Source: the human T2T-CHM13v2.0 reference genome, Homo sapiens. From it: a stretch of DNA of 64,000 bases. The DNA lies in assembly GCF_009914755.1 (NCBI RefSeq), contig NC_060930.1. One strand, 5' to 3'. The translations under genes and the position numbers were made by a program. This document shows, piece by piece, positions 55,301 through 64,000 of this stretch; position 1 is the first letter of the stretch; each line of letters begins with the position of its first letter. Under the pieces are notes generated by a model. It was not told where the DNA came from and ran no database searches. It saw only the letters and a list, made by a program, of their open reading frames with translations.

Positions 55301-56273
55301 CCTAGCTCAGAAACTGGAATCTGGAATAGTATTTAATAACTATTCCTTGAATGACAGATAAAATCATGCTGGTATTAGGAATTATATAGATTAGTAATAT
55401 TAGAGATTAGGAAAAGTTTTATAGGCTGGCTTAGGAATCTAATCACAAGACATTATTTTATGAAAAAATGTGTTCTAAGCTTGAAACAATAAAATGTTGG
55501 GAACATAATTCATTCATATAAATCTGGGGCTTCCAGGAGACAAAAATCTGGGTTTATTAAAAAAAATTAGGGTACCTTTGTGTTTTACAGGTTTAACACA
55601 AGAAATCCTTGACTAGCAAGTTCTTCTCATTCTAAGTCGATTTACAATATATATGTATGTCCTTAAAACACTGTAGAAAGCAAATGGAAATCAAAAGGGG
55701 TTACCATACCTACCAAAAAAGTAAGTCAGACTTATTTTTTTGTATTCACTTAAAGTTAAGAATGTACTCATTTAAATTTAAGTATTCACTTAAATTTAAG
55801 AATGAAGTTGTCTGATATTTCCAAGACTACTCAAAGAGTGCATGGTCTTCTCATATAACATAATCCATTTGACATAAATGGTCTAATGTCTAGTCTAAGT
55901 CCCTTCTGTACAATTTTAGTTCCAGTCCTCTATTTTACTTGTCAAAAACAGTTATCATCCTAGATAATACCTAATTAAAGGTGGTAAAACATGTATTTAG
56001 AGATTCCGGGGCTTATAAACAAACCACTGAATATAGTTTTCAATGTTAAGTTAAATATCAAGTTTTATTTATTGGTGTATAATTTCTCCTCAGCTTTTTT
56101 TTTTTTTTTTTTTTGAGATGGAGTCTTGCTGTGTCGCCCAGACTGGAGTGGAGCGCAGTGGCGTGATCTTAGTCACTGCAACCTCTGACTCCTGTTCCCG
56201 GGTTCAAGTGATTTTCATGCCTCGGCCTCCCGAGTAGCTGGGATTACAGGTGTGCACCACCATGCCCGGCTAA

Positions 56274-56432
<159 letters not shown>

Positions 56433-56659
56433 TAAGGCTTTGATAGAAGCTAAGTGCTTTCTGTTACTTCACTTCACTTCCCTGAGATTCCTCAAAAGTG
56501 ATTGGAATATGCGATGACATGCTCAGGAAGCAGTTTCCCCAAATATTATCAAGTTGTTTTCAAAGCTATACTTTTTCCATCCTCACCACCATACAGCCTT
56601 ACAATTCAGTAAGTACAGATTCACTCATTTAAAAAATTAGACACATTAATTTAAGGACT

Positions 56660-58945
<2,286 letters not shown>

Positions 58946-58983
58946 GATTTTATATTACCTTCTTCAGAGTTATAGAACAGTAC

Positions 58984-59102
58984 CTGTATAGATCTGTCTT
59001 GTTATCAAACCAGTCTGACAAGACTCGAAAGGTAAAGAGGGGAAAACGCTGATGAAGAACATGAAAGCTCACATTTTCAAAGGTGTAGTTAGTTAGAGCC
59101 AC
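58984..59102 (-). CDS. REV3L: REV3L exon, 12th from last (inactive exonuclease-like domain)
   Basis: TTTTAG acceptor, AG/GTACTG donor; VALTNYTFENVSFHVLHQRFPLFTFRVLSDWFDNKTDLY(R); 119 nt, phase 0-2. Upstream exons are outside the window. Confidence 0.97.
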
Positions 59103-60559
59103 CTAAAAAAAAAGGCAAGACACCATTATAATAATGCTTACATTTATGTAGCAAATTTGGTTCTAAAAGATACCAATATCACTTTAAACTTTTCATAGTA
59201 GATATTAAAGCTACTTGTAAAACTGATGTGCAGTACAACTGAATCATAATTCAAAACTATGTAGAGCCTACTGGACAGAAATGTTCATAACAAATTGGAA
59301 AATTATTTAATTAGAGAAAGCAGACCTGATGAGATTCAACTTGGTCATATAATACTTATTTTAAGAGATTCTAGTTCTTACCATTTTTATACTCCATGAT
59401 AATATACATATTGACAGAAGCATTGTCAAGCAAATTAATTTTTTGTTCTTTCCATACTTACTTTTTGGTTCTTGATGACATGCTGATTAATGGGATTCCA
59501 CAGATTTGAGGTGAGTTATCTAGTTAAAGGCAGGCATTCTCCTCCCAATAATTACATTAGTTACTAGACCCCACTACACAGACATTATAGAGCCACTCAA
59601 TTTCATTCCAAAAGCAAAATACTAAAATGTCAGAAATGTCTCCCCATGTTCCAAATACGTAAGTGAAAGCAGTGTTAATGGGTAAAGGATACTGTAAAAG
59701 GGCCCAAATTAATAAATATGTACTTCCAGCTAGATGATTTCTCTGAAATATCTACAAGACAAAAGCAATCTAGACAATGGCAGGTATTTCAATGCAAAAT
59801 GGAAATTAAGGAACCAGTAGTCCCCATTCTTAGGTCAGTTTCGGATTCAGAAATAGTTCAAACAGCACTTCACATTTGTATATTACATTATAATTTTAAA
59901 TTACTTTCTTTTCCACTCCTGTGATCCAGGAGGTACAAAATAGGGATTGAATGTTAATCTTATCTCAGTGCAGTGACCCAAATTGGTCTTACTTTATCTA
60001 CAATTTCTGTCAATCTTCAGAACAATGGCACTACAATGCAGCACACTTCACAGTGTGTGTATGTACTTGTGTAGGTATACATATACACAGATGCCCCTCA
60101 TAGGTTGTAAAAAGGTAGAGAGCAATAGAATGAGGAAAAGGCCACAAGATTAAATGAGGAAGGATTATAAAATCACTAACAGAATGAAAGCTCATATTGA
60201 AAGCAGTAAATAGCAGAACAGTTCTACTAAATAGTTCTACTAAAAGTCAAGTTAGGAATATGGAAATGTCTCAGCATGCAGATAAAGAGGATGAAAACAT
60301 GAAAATGAGAAGAGGGAAGATATGGGGAACAGAGAACAGAATGTTAATATATAATTAGGTTCCTAAAGGAAAGCCTAATATGGAGACAGGAGCAATAATC
60401 AAATATATTAATTAGCTGGACCTTAGATTTCTCCTCTGCAGTACTAAATTCCAGAGGTGAATGGCACTATATCTACTTGAATTTTAAAGGAAAAGGACTA
60501 CTGTTATTTTATATGCAGTAAGTGTAACAATTATGTGGGAAGAAAATAAAGATACTCCT

Positions 60560-61275
60560 TGATTCCTTGAACTCCTCTTCTCTAATGATTTTGTCCTCCA
60601 TCCTACCTAAGCTACCCACTCCCATAATCATACCCCAGGATCTATCAACAGCTGTACTCCCTCCAAAATCTCATGCATCCCATTCTCTGACCATCATCTC
60701 CGGTGCTTCCAGCTTACTCCCCTTGATGCTCTGACCTCTCTGCTCCTTATTTAGTTTAAATTTCATAGTCAATCATGGTAATCATTCCCCTGCATGTACC
60801 CTTCATTCCCTTGTCCCTTTCCTGCTGCTGCCGCCTTTTTTTTTTTAATTTTTAAAGCAAATCCATAACCCTTTGTGAGTGATGGTTAAATCTAACTTGC
60901 ACCTGTGAATTTGAACATAGCTGGTGGGTATCACTTTAATTTCCTAACCCAAATCTCAAATGGGCTCTTAATGTGGCCCAGTGTTTATATTTTCTCTCAA
61001 ATTCTCCTAATAACCATTTCAAACTCATCTCTCCTCAAACCCCAAAAGCCTCTCCACAATTCTGTTTTAGCTAAGAACAGTAATTCCTATTTTACTGAGA
61101 AAATGAATCACAAGAGAACTTCCACAGATTCTCACTGCCATATCTCTACCTACCAACATCCATACCCATATATTCCGCCTTCCTGTCTGTTACTATACTC
61201 TTACTTTATCTAAACCCAGGCCCCTCAACCAGTGCACCAAAGATGGCATTCAGTAAATATTTGTTGAATTGAATC
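60560..61275 (+). mobile_element. L2 LINE remnant
   Basis: CT-rich L2-like body (CTCTGACCATCATCTCC, TCCTATTTTACTGAGAAAAT) and tail CAGTAAATATTTGTTGAATTGAAT. Confidence 0.6.
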
Positions 61276-61554
61276 AAGTCTGTTTCCAACCCACTTGGCA
61301 AATTCTTGAAAAGCCTAGATTGACTTGACATCCAGAAGGCCTCTAAGTATAACTGTCTGGGGAAGAGCTATTTATTGTCATTTAAGCAGTCAACAAATAT
61401 CTAATAAGCATTACTATTTAAGAGGTATTTTGCTTGTCACTACGAATTCAAAGTCCATAAGGAAACTGCAGGAGTTCTATGTTCAAAGTAAAGTAAGAGA
61501 AAGAAATCTAGTACTTGTATATTAAAAAAACAAACAAAATTTATGATTACTATT

Positions 61555-61708
61555 ATTTTAACAGATGGGGTCCTGCTTTATCTCTCAGGCTATTCACAGG
61601 CATAATAAAACAGTGCACTGCAGCCTTGAATTCCTGGCCTCAAAATGTCCTCCCGCCTGAGTCTCCTGAGTAGCTGGGACTATATGTGTGTGCCACTGTA
61701 CCCAGTTC
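61555..61708 (-). mobile_element. FAM-like fossil Alu monomer (7SL-derived)
   Basis: Monomeric Alu retaining the 7SL-like GGCTATTCACAGGC segment. Confidence 0.65.
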
Positions 61709-62909
61709 CAAATTTTTAAAAAACAGGTTACCCAGCTCATAACTTTCTTACAGTTGTTTCCCACATTTGCATAAAGATCAGAGATACTATATATTCATCC
61801 TAAATGAGAGGAAACATTTGACCCTGAATTTTCAGTGAGGACTAGAGAAGGCCCTAAACTTTGCAAAAATATTTGTTCTCTAATTTGCAATTTTAAGCTA
61901 CTAGTTAATTTGCTACTGTTGCCTTTTGGATATACAGGGTTGAAAAGACCCCTGAAACTAGGATTCAGTAATTTACTTTGTGTTTATACACTTAAAGTAT
62001 GTGCTCATCTCAGGCAATATCAAACTATAGATTAAAATATATAATGAGGCCTGGGCTGTGGCTCACACCTGTAGTCCCAGCATTTTGGGAGGCCGAGGTG
62101 GGCAGACCACTTGAGGTCAGGAGTTTGTGACCAGGCTGGCCAACAAGGAAAAACCGTGTCTCTACTAAACATACAAAAATTAGCCAGGTGTGGTTCAGGC
62201 ACCTGTCATCCTACCTACTCAGGAGGCTGAGACAGGAGAATTGCTTGAACCCAGGAGGCGGAGGTTGCGGTGAGCCGAGACTGCACCACTGCACTCCATT
62301 CTGGGTGACAGAGCAAGACTCCGTCTCATAAATAAATAAAATAAAAAAATATATATATATATAATGAAATATACACACCAAATACACCACAATCTCTGTA
62401 TCTCTTATATCCTGTGCTGTATCACTAGAAATTACTTTAAATCACTGGGGACTCTAACACTCTTCTATTATTTTAAGAACAACACAACAAGATAAAATCA
62501 TTCTCAAGCAGAGTCATGTTGTATACTGCATACAGCAGCTTAGAAAGTCAAATGTTTTATATAAATCCAAAGAGCCAAGAAGATAATAATAATAAGTATA
62601 TAATAGAAAGTGTCTAATGAGAAAGTAGTTTCAAAGAGCAGAAGCAATTGAAGAATTAGCTTTCTTTTAAATATAAACATTTTAGTTGACATTATCCAAA
62701 GTCCAAAGTCTAAGAATAGACCAATTTATAGTAGGTATCTTTGTTTCTGTTTTGTCTTTTTTGAGATAGGCTCTAGCTCTGTCACCCAGGCTGGAGTGTG
62801 GTGGTGCAATCTCAGTTCACTGCAACCCTTGCCTTTGAGGCATAATAAAACAGTGCACTGCAGCCTTGAATTCCTGGCCTCAAAAGGTCTTCCCGCCTGA
62901 GCCTCCTGA

Positions 62910-63224
<315 letters not shown>

Positions 63225-64000
63225 TGATTGAACTCCTGGCCTCAAGCTATCCCCTCCTACCTCGGCCTCCCAAAGAGTTGGGATTAGAGGTGTGAGCCAC
63301 CATGTATGGCTTTTTTACATTTCAAATAAGAGAAATTGGGTAACTTCAAGGATGCAAATATTACCCAGGAAAATCCTATGATCTTACTTTTTGTGTGTGA
63401 AATAATTCTTTTTCTAAGTGAATGCAAATTAATGGGATAGTTCATTGAAATTACTCTACTAAAAAATCCTTATCTGAGCTCCCAAAGCCTTAATTATTAA
63501 CTATTTCAAAGTACTGTCTCTTTATCTTATTAATCTGACCCAGTATTTAAATATACTTCATTTGAGAAGCTCCTTCCTATTTCTAGACTAAATTTTTCTT
63601 ACTATAATAAATCAACAAGGCCAGCTGAATTCATCTGGCCTTAAGTGCAAAAATGACTTCGGTGAAAAAAATACGGTGAAATTAGACAATATTCAACATG
63701 TACAACACAATATTTTATTGTATTTTGAGACAGGGTCTCACTCTGTCACCCAGGCTTGAGTGCAGTGGCACAATCACAGCTCACCGCAACCTCGGCTGCC
63801 TGAGCTCAAGTGATTCTCCCACCTCAGCCTCCCAAGTAGCTGGGACCACAGGCATGCGCCTCCACATCCAGCTAATTTTTTTTAGCTATTATTTGTAGAG
63901 ACAGGGTTTTGCCATGTTGCTCAGGCTGGTCTGGAACTCCTGGGCTCAAGGGATGCCCCTGCCTGGGCCTCCCAAAGTGCTGAGATTACAAGTGTGAGCA

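Overview
Primate (almost certainly human) genomic DNA, not prokaryotic: no CRISPR array, operon or RNA gene was found. The window holds the last 12 coding exons, the ~1 kb 3' UTR and the poly(A) signals of REV3L (DNA polymerase zeta catalytic subunit) on the minus strand. I walked every GT/AG junction by hand and the phases close into one 657-aa ORF (approximately residues 2474-3130). It carries the B-family motifs LDFQSLYPS, KLIANVTFGY and YGDTDS and the CysA/CysB C-terminal domain. This haplotype encodes Ile at codon 3064. Downstream of the gene (1-6.4 kb) a defective Harlequin/HERV-E-type provirus (LTR2-like 5' LTR, tRNA-Glu PBS, pol and env remnants) is nested in a THE1 element. The introns are dense in Alu, L1, L2, CR1, LTR and DNA-transposon remnants. 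The most interesting unexplained signals are: three candidate cryptic cassette exons in repeat-free intronic islands (188 nt with downstream RBFOX/MBNL motifs, a 26-nt microexon, and 58 nt); a sense-oriented solo LTR1 that could end transcripts just before the Fe-S C-terminal domain exons; and several local templated insertions and tandem duplications. These are sequence-based hypotheses and need RNA-seq and alignment checks. Repeat subfamily names and SNP identifiers are from recall, not from a database search.
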